The translations under genes and the position numbers were made by a program. From the IMG/VR virus record IMGVR_UViG_3300045284_000397, positions 1 through 56,511 of that record: DNA of 56,511 bases; one strand, given 5' to 3'. Shown here piece by piece: positions 28,105-37,486 of this stretch. Below the pieces are notes generated by a model, which was not told the origin of the DNA, searched no databases, and worked only from the letters and a program-made list of their open reading frames with translations. The DNA comes from a virus. Its lineage: Duplodnaviria; Caudoviricetes. Each line of letters opens with the position of its first letter. Within the stretch, counting starts at the first letter, position 1.

Positions 28105-28910
28105 CTGTTACCAACGTCACTCTACTGGCGGCGATCAATGGCAACAAGGCGCTCCTCGAAGCCCTTGCCAAACAGATCGCCGCTGCCAGCAACCCACCCG
28201 CCGCTGAACAGTGGGACATGATCTATCACGGCGACAGCGGGCTACTCAACATCCCGCTCAACGCCGAACTGCCGGACGCGGACTTGGCGTTTCGCCCCTT
28301 TCGCGCCGGTGTCAACCACCCCAACGCTTCGCTGCAATTCGTGCAGACGGCAAGCGGCAAGCGCGGCTCACGACACACGCTGACCAACACCGTTGGCGCG
28401 GACATGGGCGCGCGGGCGTTTTGGACGATAGACGACGGGCGCTGGCTCTACTGGCAGCCCTACCTCAACCGGACGCTGCGTTTCCGCGCGAAAGCGACCT
28501 ATGCCGCGCCTTTCAGCTTGCCGGGCGGGGCGAATACGTTCGCGCAGGACTTCATCGAAGTCAAGACGCTCGACACGCCGCAGACCGCCGTGCAAATTCT
28601 GCTCAAACAGGAAGCCGACGGTAGCATCTCGCATTACGGCTACGTCGGCGGAAGCTATGTCTACCCGGCAGTCATCGAGCCGCTGGTCTTCGGCGTGCCA
28701 ATGGACTATGAGTGCATCCTGACGCTCTCGCGCGATCCGGCAGTCGGGCACGTCCAGTTCACACACGGGCGCACGACCTTCGGCGCTTACGGGCGCACGC
28801 TCAATTTGAGCAACGACGCGCTCGGCATTGCGCTGCTCTTCTACAGCAACGAAATTGCTGGAACAGTCAGTGTCACCTATACCGATTTGACGATAGAAGT
28901 GAAACGCTAA
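28101..28910 (+). CDS. Hypothetical beta-sandwich protein (lyase/lectin-like?)
   Basis: ATGA start; short coiled coil followed by a beta-rich domain. Confidence 0.45.
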   Translation: MTVTNVTLLAAINGNKALLEALAKQIAAASNPPAAEQWDMIYHGDSGLLNIPLNAELPDADLAFRPFRAGVNHPNASLQFVQTASGKRGSRHTLTNTVGADMGARAFWTIDDGRWLYWQPYLNRTLRFRAKATYAAPFSLPGGANTFAQDFIEVKTLDTPQTAVQILLKQEADGSISHYGYVGGSYVYPAVIEPLVFGVPMDYECILTLSRDPAVGHVQFTHGRTTFGAYGRTLNLSNDALGIALLFYSNEIAGTVSVTYTDLTIEVKR

Positions 28911-28923
28911 AGGAGAGAAGTAT

Positions 28924-29385
28924 ATGCCTGTTACCGATGACCCGAACGATCCACGATTGGGGCATGGGGTAGACGCAGTGCCCGTGCCACAGCAAGAAGT
29001 TTACTTGGTCTTGTCGAAAGCAGAACGCAAGAAGGGTTTTGTGCGACCCTACCGGGATCGTTACATCCATGTTGGCGCACCGCCGCCGAGCTATCCACTG
29101 CATGATCTGACCGACGAACAAAAGATGCGCTACGGCGATTTGTACGCCAAGTACGAGGAATATCCCGACAGCGAAGCGCCAGCGCTTGGGAAATTCTGGA
29201 CGCAGGCGCAGCTTGACAATGTAGGAAAGGGTTGCGGCACGGAAACGATCATGGGGCGGGCGTTGAGCGAAACTTACGCCGTGAATCCCTCGTTTTACGG
29301 CATGACCTACTGCACGGGATGCATGAAACACCTGCCTGTTGAGGAATTTGTCTGGAGCGTTGATAATCAGCGACTCGGAAGCTAG
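28924..29385 (+). CDS. Conserved phage Zn-binding hypothetical protein
   Basis: 'YLVLS..ER.KGFVRP.R..Y.H' and 'CG..T.M...L.ETYA..P.FY..TYC..C..H.P..EF.W'. Confidence 0.7.
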   Translation: MPVTDDPNDPRLGHGVDAVPVPQQEVYLVLSKAERKKGFVRPYRDRYIHVGAPPPSYPLHDLTDEQKMRYGDLYAKYEEYPDSEAPALGKFWTQAQLDNVGKGCGTETIMGRALSETYAVNPSFYGMTYCTGCMKHLPVEEFVWSVDNQRLGS

Positions 29386-29395
29386 AGGAGTAACC

Positions 29396-29695
29396 ATGCC
29401 AACCCCAACTGTCGTCGTCTCACCTCTGCTCGACTTGTTACGCGATAAAAGTTTCCTGACCGCGCTGGTTGGTGGACTTCTATCCGCTATTGTCATCGCT
29501 TATCCGCCCGCCGCACAGTATCGAGACGCGCTGCTGCCGGTGATCGTCGCGCTCGTCCTGGGGCTGCTGGGGGCGCAGACCGTGCAGCGCGTATCGGCGG
29601 ATCACGCCGAAGCGATCAAGGCACAGGCGAACGCTCAGGTCTTGGTCGCGCAGGCGCAGCTTGCCGCGCAGACAGCACGGACGCACAGCGGCTAA
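29396..29695 (+). CDS. Holin-like two-TM protein
   Basis: GAGGAG RBS; 'LRDKSFLTAL' followed by two TM helices. Confidence 0.55.
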   Translation: MPTPTVVVSPLLDLLRDKSFLTALVGGLLSAIVIAYPPAAQYRDALLPVIVALVLGLLGAQTVQRVSADHAEAIKAQANAQVLVAQAQLAAQTARTHSG

Positions 29696-29750
29696 CGCGG
29701 GTAGCGCGAATGAGCAGGGCAGGGGTATACTGTAGAAGGCTTGCAGGGGT

Positions 29751-29791
29751 AAACGGGGCGATACTCTCAGAAGGTCGCTCCGTTTTTTATT
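29751..29791. terminator. Terminator at the convergent late/early junction
   Basis: aaacggggcgat...gtcgctccgttt stem followed by a T-rich tail. Confidence 0.7.
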
Positions 29792-29799
29792 TCCGCCGC

Positions 29800-30006
29800 C
29801 TACGACCCGATTTCAATACCCTCTTTTTTCCGCGCCTCGTCCTCAAGATAGTCCAGCGAGGCTACGGCTAACCCCACAACAAACGCGCCAATGAGTGCCA
29901 AACCTGTTATAACACCATGCGAGGCAGTAATGACGAGTAGCGCACTCAACGAAACAAATAGTATTGCGCGCCGGATCGCGCGGTATTTTCTTGCCATTTT
30001 ACTCAC
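29800..30006 (-). CDS. Small membrane protein
   Basis: Two hydrophobic helices; coupled to the upstream gene. Confidence 0.55.
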   Translation of the reverse strand: MSKMARKYRAIRRAILFVSLSALLVITASHGVITGLALIGAFVVGLAVASLDYLEDEARKKEGIEIGS

Positions 30007-30719
30007 TCCTCCCCGATTCCGCTGCTGTCGGCGCGTATCCGCCGCTCAAGCTCTCGTCCGCCGAAGTAGTCTTTTACTGCCCCGATAATTCCAAACGAAC
30101 CCTCATCAGGAGGCATCCGTGCCGAAATGCGCCAAATCTTCATAAGCGTCGCTTCCGCCTGTTCCTGCCTTGCCAGGAGTGTACGGATGGCATCTGATTG
30201 ACCGCCGAGCCGTTTCACCCGTTCCCATTCCGACAGCAATCCGTCGATGGTCGCCAAGAGCGCGTCAACATCCTCGACTTCCGACATTTCCAATGGAACG
30301 GGATGCGGGAAGTTGTAGGGCGCGTTCCGGCTCTTCAGTTCGCCGCGCAGCGCGTCCCATTTCCTCGCAATCCTTGCCAGTTCCGCCGCGCTCAAGGGCG
30401 CGTTGGGTTGCTGTTCTTCGGTCATAGGCGCGTGCTCCTCTAACAAATGTTCATCGATCTCAAATTCAACGGTCTTAATCTGCCAACTCGCCAAGCCTCT
30501 CTTCGGCGCATCTGTATAAGCCGTCCACTCACGTCCGGTTTTGCCGATGGTGTGATCCGTCCAGTAAAGCGGCACCTTGCCGAGACTGCTCACTGACCGC
30601 GTTTCTGCGTAGGCTTTAGCAACGGGAATGGACGGGAACACACCAATCGTATTCCAATATGAGCCGCCATTTCCAACAAGCGACACAATCTGGATCAATT
30701 CAATGAGTTGGTATTTCAT
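30003..30719 (-). CDS. Hypothetical protein
   Basis: Coupled member of the minus-strand operon. Confidence 0.6.
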   Translation of the reverse strand: MKYQLIELIQIVSLVGNGGSYWNTIGVFPSIPVAKAYAETRSVSSLGKVPLYWTDHTIGKTGREWTAYTDAPKRGLASWQIKTVEFEIDEHLLEEHAPMTEEQQPNAPLSAAELARIARKWDALRGELKSRNAPYNFPHPVPLEMSEVEDVDALLATIDGLLSEWERVKRLGGQSDAIRTLLARQEQAEATLMKIWRISARMPPDEGSFGIIGAVKDYFGGRELERRIRADSSGIGEE

Positions 30720-31177
30720 TCCCCCTCCTGCTCGATTTGCCGAAGCGACTCAATGGCGCGTTTGACTATTTCCGACAACTGCTCTAATGCCATTGATCCG
30801 GGAAGTCCCTTGTAGGGTTGCCAATCCATTGCATCCAGAATACTCAGAGCGCTTTCAAGATCAGCGAGTGGTTCGCTCAAGTCAATTTCAAGGTGGATGA
30901 TAATCTTCTTCGTGGTGTCCGCGCGCTCCTGACGGGCAGCGGGCGCGGCGGCGGCGGGTTCGAGGTCGCTTTCTATGAAGTAGAGCCATTCTCCGCCCGC
31001 TTCCACACGCCAGTTGGGTGGGTTACTCTTCTCACGACACTTAGTAATCGTCCCGATCCACCCCGCCTGTGCAAAGGCGCGATATTCTTTTCCACGCAAC
31101 TTATTATTTATGAGCCACTCAGGAGCTTTCACGTGTACTTCGTCGCCTACTTTTGGCGTCCATGTCGCCTCGCTCAT
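30716..31177 (-). CDS. Hypothetical protein with KOW/SH3-like N-domain
   Basis: 'KVGDEVHVK...GWIGTIT...F.ESDLEP'; ATGA start. Confidence 0.55.
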   Translation of the reverse strand: MSEATWTPKVGDEVHVKAPEWLINNKLRGKEYRAFAQAGWIGTITKCREKSNPPNWRVEAGGEWLYFIESDLEPAAAAPAARQERADTTKKIIIHLEIDLSEPLADLESALSILDAMDWQPYKGLPGSMALEQLSEIVKRAIESLRQIEQEGE

Positions 31178-31497
31178 GTTTCGTCCCCCACTGCCGCATC
31201 GCGCTGGGCGGCTTGCACGCACGCAACCATCTGCTCATGTCCAATCATTGCCTCTTCGAGCGTTGTGTAGCGTTCCATTTCACCGTCCGACGCGCCGCCA
31301 AAGCATAGCGTCTCGAACCACTTGGCGCTGCCGTTGCCAATGGCGTGATTAGCGCCAATAAATACCGTACTGACTTCCGTATCGCCGACCGTCGTTTTTG
31401 CGACCGTGCGATCCGCTGTCCCAAACCAACGCGCCCACGTCATCAGGTCTACGGGCAAGACAACCCCGTCCATCAGTATTGCGAACTCGCTCATCAT
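31174..31497 (-). CDS. Conserved phage hypothetical protein
   Basis: 'EVSTVF.G..H....FET..FGG..D....RY.T.EEA..GH' pattern. Confidence 0.7.
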   Translation of the reverse strand: MMSEFAILMDGVVLPVDLMTWARWFGTADRTVAKTTVGDTEVSTVFIGANHAIGNGSAKWFETLCFGGASDGEMERYTTLEEAMIGHEQMVACVQAAQRDAAVGDET

Positions 31498-31547
31498 TCC
31501 CTCCCCATTCTCAGCCTATACGTTCATCTGACGGTTTGTGCAGGACA

Positions 31548-32660
31548 TTACGTCTCGGCTGTCGGTTCGTAGTCGCGCCAGTTCGTGAAGTAGGGATGAT
31601 AGGGCGCAGACTCGTCGGTGCGAATGTTTGACCAGGAAGCCGCAACTGCGGCTTGCGCGTAGCGACCTGCATCCCCAGCATAGAGCGTTGGATCGACTTC
31701 GAGCCAGTAGGTCACGAACTCGCCATTGCTTTCCGCTGTGCGGTTGGTGACGAGGATGGCTGCCAAATCCGTGCCGTCGTCCCAGAAATCATCAGCGCGA
31801 TACAGCTTGCCGAAGCGCGCATCGTCATCTATCAGACTTGCATTGACGGCTTCAAGGTAACGTCCGATGCCGAAGCGTTCGAGCAGCACCCGGCGGACTT
31901 CGGCGTTGGCTTCCTGAGTGATTTGCTCGGCGGTGATGGTTTCGGGATGCATAATGATCTGCTCGGTGACGCACACGCCGTGCCAATAATACTCGCGCAC
32001 GTCCAACCAGGCAATGGCAGGAGCATCCACTGCGTGCAGGCGGTGATCATTGTCAGTGACGAGAATATCGGGAATGGTTACGACAATTAGTTCATCTTTG
32101 TGGATGATGAAGAACCATGCGCCCGATTCCAGTGCTTCCAATAAAGGCATCCACACTGAATAGGTCTTTTCGTCGTTCAGAGAAACGGCACCAATGGCAG
32201 TAATGCTGATCCAAGACAAATCCCATGCGACCCGTGCGTCCCATGCGACCCGTGCGTCCCGTGCGACCCATGCGACCCGTGCGTCCCGTGCGACCCGTGC
32301 GACCCATGCGTCCCGTGCGTCCCGTGCGTCCCGTGCGACCCGTGCGACCCGTGCGTCCCGTGCGACCCGTGCGACCCGTGCGACCCGTGCGACCCGTGCG
32401 TCCCGTGCGACCCGTGCGACCCGTGCGACCCGTGCGACCCGTGCGTCCCGTGCGTCCCGTGCGTCCCGAATAAGTTCCTTTTCGCTTTCAACGAAGCGAA
32501 TCTTTACAGGAATTTCAGTAATATTTGTTGCCCACGCCATCAGGCACTCCGTGATACGAGCGCGATCCACAGTCTGCTTGAAATCGCAGGCGATTTTGTA
32601 GCGTTCTTGCAGACTTTCAACGGTTGGTAATGTCATTGTTGGCGGGGTGACTCGCGCCAC
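31548..32660 (-). CDS. DUF6745-like protein with internal tripeptide repeat
   Basis: '[13 protein letters not shown]...YYWHGV.V', '[16 protein letters not shown]' and 'AQAAVA.SW'. Confidence 0.7.
   Translation of the reverse strand: MARVTPPTMTLPTVESLQERYKIACDFKQTVDRARITECLMAWATNITEIPVKIRFVESEKELIRDARDARDARVARVARVARVARDARVARVARVARVARDARVARVARDARDARDAWVARVARDARVAWVARDARVAWDARVAWDLSWISITAIGAVSLNDEKTYSVWMPLLEALESGAWFFIIHKDELIVVTIPDILVTDNDHRLHAVDAPAIAWLDVREYYWHGVCVTEQIIMHPETITAEQITQEANAEVRRVLLERFGIGRYLEAVNASLIDDDARFGKLYRADDFWDDGTDLAAILVTNRTAESNGEFVTYWLEVDPTLYAGDAGRYAQAAVAASWSNIRTDESAPYHPYFTNWRDYEPTAET
32223..32465 (-). repeat. 27 x 9-bp tandem repeat G(A/T)CGCA(C/T)GG
   Basis: Encodes DAR/VAR/DAW/VAW units; only two positions vary. 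Confidence 0.95.
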
Positions 32661-32673
32661 CCCTTCCTTTCGA

Positions 32674-32997
32674 CTAGTCCGCGACCATGTGGACGATTTT
32701 GGCGTGGCTTTCGTACTGACGCAGCACCAGCGTCACCCCGGCGGGCAAGTCAATCGCCCCGTGCTCCTGGTGGATGACCCGCGACGGCGCTTCCGCTTCG
32801 AGGTAGCGCATGTCCCCGAACCACTTCAGCTTTGGCAGCGGCGCATCCTGGACGGCGACGAGCCGGTGACTATGCCCCGTCACTTCCCCGTATGCCAGAA
32901 TGTACGCGCCGTTGATAGGCGCTTCTTCGCGGAACTCACTCGTGGGTAGCTCCACTCCGGTTACGAAAAGCAAATCCCCTTGCCTCTTTATTTTCAT
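32674..32997 (-). CDS. Conserved partner of DUF6745-like genes
   Basis: 'RQGDL', 'LAYGEVTGHSHRL' and 'HQEHGAIDLPAG....RQ.E'. Confidence 0.7.
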   Translation of the reverse strand: MKIKRQGDLLFVTGVELPTSEFREEAPINGAYILAYGEVTGHSHRLVAVQDAPLPKLKWFGDMRYLEAEAPSRVIHQEHGAIDLPAGVTLVLRQYESHAKIVHMVAD

Positions 32998-33051
32998 TGC
33001 CTGACTCCTCTACTTAAGCGGCGAAATGCCGCATCGTCCACTATTCCAATT

Positions 33052-33339
33052 TTACACCGTTCGGGCGCTGGACGCGGCGCAAACTGTCACCAACGCCGCC
33101 TCTCGGCATAGCTTCAGCGTGATTTGTTCCCGCCCCGCCCTGACGGGCAGCTTCTCAGTCAGCAGCCAGAGCCAGTAGACTTCCGCCGTGTAGCAGTCTG
33201 CCGCGTCCACCCGCCGCACGCGCGCTTCGTAGTCGTTGCCATAGTCGCCGTGAAAGGTGACGAGCGCGCCGCTGGTGATGGCGATGTCCGCTGGCGCGTC
33301 GGGGGCGAGACGATGAGCGGCGGCGGCGTAGGTGATCAT
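33052..33339 (-). CDS. Hypothetical protein
   Basis: Co-oriented ORF in the early operon. Confidence 0.45.
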   Translation of the reverse strand: MITYAAAAHRLAPDAPADIAITSGALVTFHGDYGNDYEARVRRVDAADCYTAEVYWLWLLTEKLPVRAGREQITLKLCREAALVTVCAASSARTV

Positions 33340-33467
33340 GAGCGCGCCTTAGTGACCAGTTCAACAGACTTCGGCGACAACCCCTGCGTCGATTAGCTCT
33401 ATCGAAGTGATGTGGATGATTTGGTTCATGTAAAGAACGGTATCACCGCTGCTGATTATTCCTGCCA

Positions 33468-33698
33468 TTATGACCCACCACCTTCGGCTAATGCCGCGCG
33501 CCCCGCATCAGACAACGCGTCTTTGAAGTAGCCGCAATAGGGATCCAGAGGATGTACAGGGACACTGATGAGCATCCCCATCGTGATCAGCTTCTGCCGC
33601 CGGGCGTCACGAGCCACACCCACAGGCAGAAATATCCATTTCCCCGCATCGATTTGCTTGAGCAACTTAATTTGTGCCTTGCTGAGTTTCTTGGACAT
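33468..33698 (-). CDS. Small wHTH-like protein
   Basis: 'KLSKAQIKLL...L..MG...LSDAGRAALA'; GAGGAG RBS; first gene after the leftward promoter. Confidence 0.55.
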   Translation of the reverse strand: MSKKLSKAQIKLLKQIDAGKWIFLPVGVARDARRQKLITMGMLISVPVHPLDPYCGYFKDALSDAGRAALAEGGGS

Positions 33699-33727
33699 TT
33701 GCTTGCTCCTCATTCCTCATTGATACC

Positions 33728-33803
33728 AGTCTAACATGGTTCATTGAATATGTCAAGTAGTTTACGCAAATCTATTGACAATCAGCTTAAGGCGTAGTAA
33801 ACT
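33728..33803. promoter_or_regulatory. Divergent sigma70 promoters
   Basis: Minus strand TTGACA(33756-51)-17-TAGACT; plus strand TTGACA(33775-80)-17-TAAACT. Confidence 0.8.
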
Positions 33804-33829
33804 AGGTTACATAGTGAAAGGTTAGGCAT

Positions 33830-34042
33830 ATGGGTCGAAAGTCGAGCGGGTGGATTGAGCAATTGGAGCAAAAGTACAAATTGGATGCGCGCGTTCTCAT
33901 TCCGGCGCTTCTGACGCAGCACGGGGCAGAGTGGTTGTCTCAAGAGACAGGTGTCACTCTGGCAACGATTTCGCGCTGGTGTAGTTCGCATGGAGTAGAG
34001 CGTCGGATTGTCTACGGATTGAAACAGGGAGAACCGACATGA
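33830..34042 (+). CDS. Cro-like HTH regulator
   Basis: 'AEWLSQETGVTLATISRW'; first gene after the rightward promoter. Confidence 0.65.
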   Translation: MGRKSSGWIEQLEQKYKLDARVLIPALLTQHGAEWLSQETGVTLATISRWCSSHGVERRIVYGLKQGEPT

Positions 34043-34269
34043 CCGCCTTCACGACCAACGCCGCCTCTCCGCCCGCGCCGGAAATACTGTGTGTGGCGTG
34101 CCTGAAGCCGCTCGATATGGCATGGCAGCCGCCGCTCATCGCGGGGCGCACGGGCTACTACTTAGCGACATGCCGCAACAGCGCGTGTGAGCAGCGGAAT
34201 TTCACATACACAGAGCCGCAGTATCCGAGTGATGAGTTACTGGCGCGCTATTCGGCGGCGCGGAAATGA
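34039..34269 (+). CDS. Small Zn-ribbon protein
   Basis: CVAC..CRNSAC; ATGA coupling. Confidence 0.55.
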   Translation: MTAFTTNAASPPAPEILCVACLKPLDMAWQPPLIAGRTGYYLATCRNSACEQRNFTYTEPQYPSDELLARYSAARK

Positions 34270-34457
34270 CACCCGTCCGCTTCCCTTACCGGATGTTCTG
34301 GACGAACGCGGAGCAGCCGCACACCCGCGCGCGCGCATGGCTGGATGGTATCCGGCAAACGAGCACACCACCAGCGCCCGCGACGGCGGGGGAACTGCCC
34401 GCCTTCTTAGCCCGGCGTCGAGAGGCGCGGAAAGGTAGTCATTTTGTTCGACTTTAA
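34266..34457 (+). CDS. Hypothetical protein
   Basis: ATGA coupling. Confidence 0.45.
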   Translation: MTPVRFPYRMFWTNAEQPHTRARAWLDGIRQTSTPPAPATAGELPAFLARRREARKGSHFVRL

Positions 34458-34659
34458 CCAGCAGCCCGACGAAAAGGACACGTTGCCGACCGACGAGCAG
34501 TTTGAGCGCGTGTGGCGGCAGATCGACCTCGAACTGGTCGAGTGGAAGGACTGGCAGGCGCGCCGGAAGCGTGACCTGCGGCGCTGGCGGTGGAAGCGGC
34601 TGGGGCGGCGCGTGTGGGGCTGGTTGAAGGCAATCGTGAATTCTGCGCGAGAGCGCTAG
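34444..34659 (+). CDS. Hypothetical Trp/Arg-rich protein
   Basis: Co-oriented ORF with a TTG start. Confidence 0.45.
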   Translation: MFDFNQQPDEKDTLPTDEQFERVWRQIDLELVEWKDWQARRKRDLRRWRWKRLGRRVWGWLKAIVNSARER

Positions 34660-34673
34660 TGGGGAGAAAAAAC

Positions 34674-34889
34674 GTGACACTACACGGAGAAGAAATTCAT
34701 TTTCTTATCGGTGAATTCATGAACTTAGTGGATGCCTGTCGCCAAAAGAATGTCGAATTTACGCCCACCGATGGATGTGACTTGAACTGTTACGCTGAAA
34801 CCATCAACGATGCTTTGCAGCGACTTGGTTACGACGATGAGCAAATTGATGCGTTTTGGACAGGCGAGGCTCAACTGACTAGTTCATAG
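34674..34889 (+). CDS. Hypothetical protein
   Basis: GGGGAG RBS before GTG 34674. Confidence 0.45.
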   Translation: MTLHGEEIHFLIGEFMNLVDACRQKNVEFTPTDGCDLNCYAETINDALQRLGYDDEQIDAFWTGEAQLTSS

Positions 34890-34975
34890 TAAACCCCGCT
34901 CATTTCAGCGGGCTTCGTACTCGGAGAGCCTGACCGCGCAAGGGGAACTCTCAATAGACAGAAGGATACACGGTT

Positions 34976-35680
34976 ATGACGTTTAAACCAGAAGACCATA
35001 TGACCGATCTCAACAAGAACGCCCGAAATCCGCGCTGGTATCTCGAAACAAAGTGGCGTTTGGTTTGGTTCAAAGATGAGCACCCGACAGGGAAAATCAA
35101 CACAGAAGTGTTAAACGTCTCGCCCGTACTCGTCAAGGCAACCATTCTGGACGGCGACGGCGTGGCGATAGCGACGGGACATGGAACGGCAATCGCCAAA
35201 GCGAATGCGGTTTGGGCGGGGCGTGAAATCGAGAAGGCTGAAACGGCTGCCATTGGCAGGGCTTTAGCACATGCAGGCTATGGCACGCAGTTCACAGGCG
35301 AGGATGATACAGATAGTTTGGCGGATAGCCCGGTTAGCAGGCAACCCGCAAACCCTACCCCGCCAGCGACCGCCTCGCCCGCGTCAATGCCGGATATGCC
35401 AATGGGCGGCGGCGTATTCGCTAACGGCGCGCCGCTCGCCCCTACAAGCCCCGCCACTGCATCCAGTGTCGATGTCGCGCCCGATGGCAAGCATCCGCAA
35501 ATTGGAATGCTGGATATGCCGAGGCTCTGGCGCAAGTCCAGCGTGGACGGACGGACGCATTTCGACAATCTGATCCGCAAGCTGCTGACAGAACTGCATA
35601 CCATCAGCGTCAGCAGCAGCGAAGACGAAGTATTGACGGCGATCAGGATGTACTACGCCAGCGCGGAGGGCGTGCGATGA
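34976..35680 (+). CDS. Putative single-strand annealing protein (Rad52/Sak-like)
   Basis: 'YLE.KWRL.WF...HP.G.I.TE', 'ATGHG' and 'IEKAET.AIGRAL...GYG' core, followed by a disordered linker. Confidence 0.6.
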   Translation: MTFKPEDHMTDLNKNARNPRWYLETKWRLVWFKDEHPTGKINTEVLNVSPVLVKATILDGDGVAIATGHGTAIAKANAVWAGREIEKAETAAIGRALAHAGYGTQFTGEDDTDSLADSPVSRQPANPTPPATASPASMPDMPMGGGVFANGAPLAPTSPATASSVDVAPDGKHPQIGMLDMPRLWRKSSVDGRTHFDNLIRKLLTELHTISVSSSEDEVLTAIRMYYASAEGVR

Positions 35681-35898
35681 GCAACCACGCCACGCCACTA
35701 CACCGTTTCGACGAGCAGTCGCGCCAAGCCGACGCGCGCGAGGGCGTCGTGCCCATGCCGTCGCACCCGTCGGACGAGTGGTGGGCGTACTGGGACGGCT
35801 TGATGGCGGCTGATCCGCGCGACCTGGAGAATGTGCGCCGCTGGCTGGCGCGACTGCGGGAGCAGAATGAAAAAGAGACGGAAGGCGGTGCGCCGTGA
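35677..35898 (+). CDS. Hypothetical protein
   Basis: ATGA coupling. Confidence 0.5.
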   Translation: MSNHATPLHRFDEQSRQADAREGVVPMPSHPSDEWWAYWDGLMAADPRDLENVRRWLARLREQNEKETEGGAP

Positions 35899-36140
35899 AT
35901 GAGACCATCATCGTCCAGGTTCGGAACGGCACCGGGAAATGGGTGGAGCGTCAGCGCATCGAGGACAGGTACATCCGCGAGTTCGGGATCACGCCGCAGC
36001 AGGTCATCGAGTACGTTCAGGCGCATCCGTCCCCGTTGGCGCGCCTGTTTCGACCCACACCAGAGGAATACCGCGTCCTATACCGCGTTTGCGAGCAGGA
36101 AGAAGTGGCGCGCTTCAGGGCGGAAGCGGAGGGGCAATGA
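35895..36140 (+). CDS. Hypothetical protein
   Basis: GTGA coupling. Confidence 0.5.
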   Translation: MNETIIVQVRNGTGKWVERQRIEDRYIREFGITPQQVIEYVQAHPSPLARLFRPTPEEYRVLYRVCEQEEVARFRAEAEGQ

Positions 36141-36754
36141 AAATCCTCGTGGCATGTGAGCGGAGCGGGCGCGTTAGGGAGGCATTTGCGGCACGCGGAC
36201 ATGATGCTTGGAGCTGCGATTTATGGGAAACGCAGCAGCCCGGACAGCATATTGTTTGCGACGTGCGCGCCGTTCTGGGGGACGGATGGGATTTGATGAT
36301 CGCCCATCCGCCCTGCCGCTATCTCAGTTATGCCGGAATTCGCCACTGGAACGTGCCGGGTCGCGCGGAAAAACGAGCGGAAGCCTTCGCCTTCTTCATG
36401 GAGATGGTTAACGCCCCGATCCCGCGAATATGTGTCGAAAACCCACGCGGTTATCCAGGACAAGCCTATCGCAAAGCCAACCAAGAAATACATCCTTACT
36501 TTTTCGGCGAACCCGAACTCAAACGTACATGTCTTTGGTTGAAAAATCTACCGGAATTGTGGTGGTGGGACAAGCCCAACTCACTATTTGCTATTACTTC
36601 CGTGCCGATCCCTGAGCCTGTGGGGTACTACGGTGCTGACAGCAGGCAGCCGGGAAAGAAACGCTGGTTCGTTGACAGCGGCACAAAAGACCCGGATGAG
36701 CGCAGTCTTACTTTTCAGTCGATTGCGGCGGCTATGGCGGCACAGTGGGGTTGA
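36137..36754 (+). CDS. Short phage C5-cytosine DNA methyltransferase-like protein
   Basis: 'ILVACERSG', 'SCDL', 'AHPPC', 'VENP', 'KRTCLW' and 'RS.TF..IA.AMA.QWG'. Confidence 0.8.
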   Translation: MKILVACERSGRVREAFAARGHDAWSCDLWETQQPGQHIVCDVRAVLGDGWDLMIAHPPCRYLSYAGIRHWNVPGRAEKRAEAFAFFMEMVNAPIPRICVENPRGYPGQAYRKANQEIHPYFFGEPELKRTCLWLKNLPELWWWDKPNSLFAITSVPIPEPVGYYGADSRQPGKKRWFVDSGTKDPDERSLTFQSIAAAMAAQWG

Positions 36755-36869
36755 ATCACACCAAACAGGCTCTAGCGCGCGTTTTGCGCCCTTTTGACCT
36801 GATTGACGTGTGCAGCCCCGCACGCGCCTTCCAGCCCCACCAGCGGCGGCGGACGGGGCAAATTTGACA

Positions 36870-36896
36870 GACGTTAGCTTTGGAGTAGACAGCATG
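36870..36896 (+). repeat. Start-associated direct repeat, copy 1
   Basis: GACGTTAGCTTTGGAGTAGACAGCATG; copy 2 at 37272-37297 lacks one C. Confidence 0.85.
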
Positions 36897-37268
36897 AAAT
36901 GTATCATTTGTGGAAAAGACCTGACGGGCGCGCTGGATACCTTTGGCGATCCCGGTCATGAAATGTGCTTTGACCATTACTTTAACTCGCCCAGTGACGA
37001 TCCGCTGATCGAAGCCGAACAGCAGGACTACATTGACGGACTAGAAGACATGATCGCCGGTCTGCAAGACGAACTGGATGAGATTGACGATGGAGTTCTG
37101 AGTGAGGACGCCGCCGGGTTGCTCGAAATGAAACTAACGAGCGACCTTCAGGAAAAGATTGCGCTGCTCAAGGAAGCCCATCGCAGCAGGCGCGAGGCTA
37201 AACGGCGTGTTGCACAGGCAAAGCAGGCGCGAATTGACGCCTGGAAACGGCAGGTGGGGCACATTTAA
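36894..37268 (+). CDS. Zn-finger / coiled-coil hypothetical protein
   Basis: 'MKCIICG...MCFDH'; starts inside the repeat. Confidence 0.6.
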   Translation: MKCIICGKDLTGALDTFGDPGHEMCFDHYFNSPSDDPLIEAEQQDYIDGLEDMIAGLQDELDEIDDGVLSEDAAGLLEMKLTSDLQEKIALLKEAHRSRREAKRRVAQAKQARIDAWKRQVGHI

Positions 37269-37271
37269 CGG

Positions 37272-37297
37272 GACGTTAGTTTGGAGTAGACAGCATG
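37272..37297 (+). repeat. Start-associated direct repeat, copy 2
   Basis: GACGTTAGTTTGGAGTAGACAGCATG. Confidence 0.85.
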
Positions 37298-37486
37298 GCA
37301 GCGAAGCTCAATAAAAGGCGGCGAGAGAGGGACATTGCCTTTCAGATTGCCAACTTCGGTTATCCGATCCGCGCGCTGGCTCAGAACCGTCGGCTGCAAG
37401 TCAAACAGCGCTTCGCGCCGCAGCCGGATTTCATGCGGCTGGTGCGACGCTGGTATCAGCGCAACGCGCCCATGCGCCAGCAGTGA
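37295..37486 (+). CDS. Small basic protein
   Basis: GGAG RBS inside the repeat. Confidence 0.5.
   Translation: MAAKLNKRRRERDIAFQIANFGYPIRALAQNRRLQVKQRFAPQPDFMRLVRRWYQRNAPMRQQ

Noticed and set aside
32177-32601. CRISPR array, or real ORFs in the other frames (GTHGSH, RATRAS, RPV repeats)
   Set aside because: There are no spacers. The extra ORFs arise because the 9-bp repeat has no stop codons; only 31548-32660 has conserved flanking domains.
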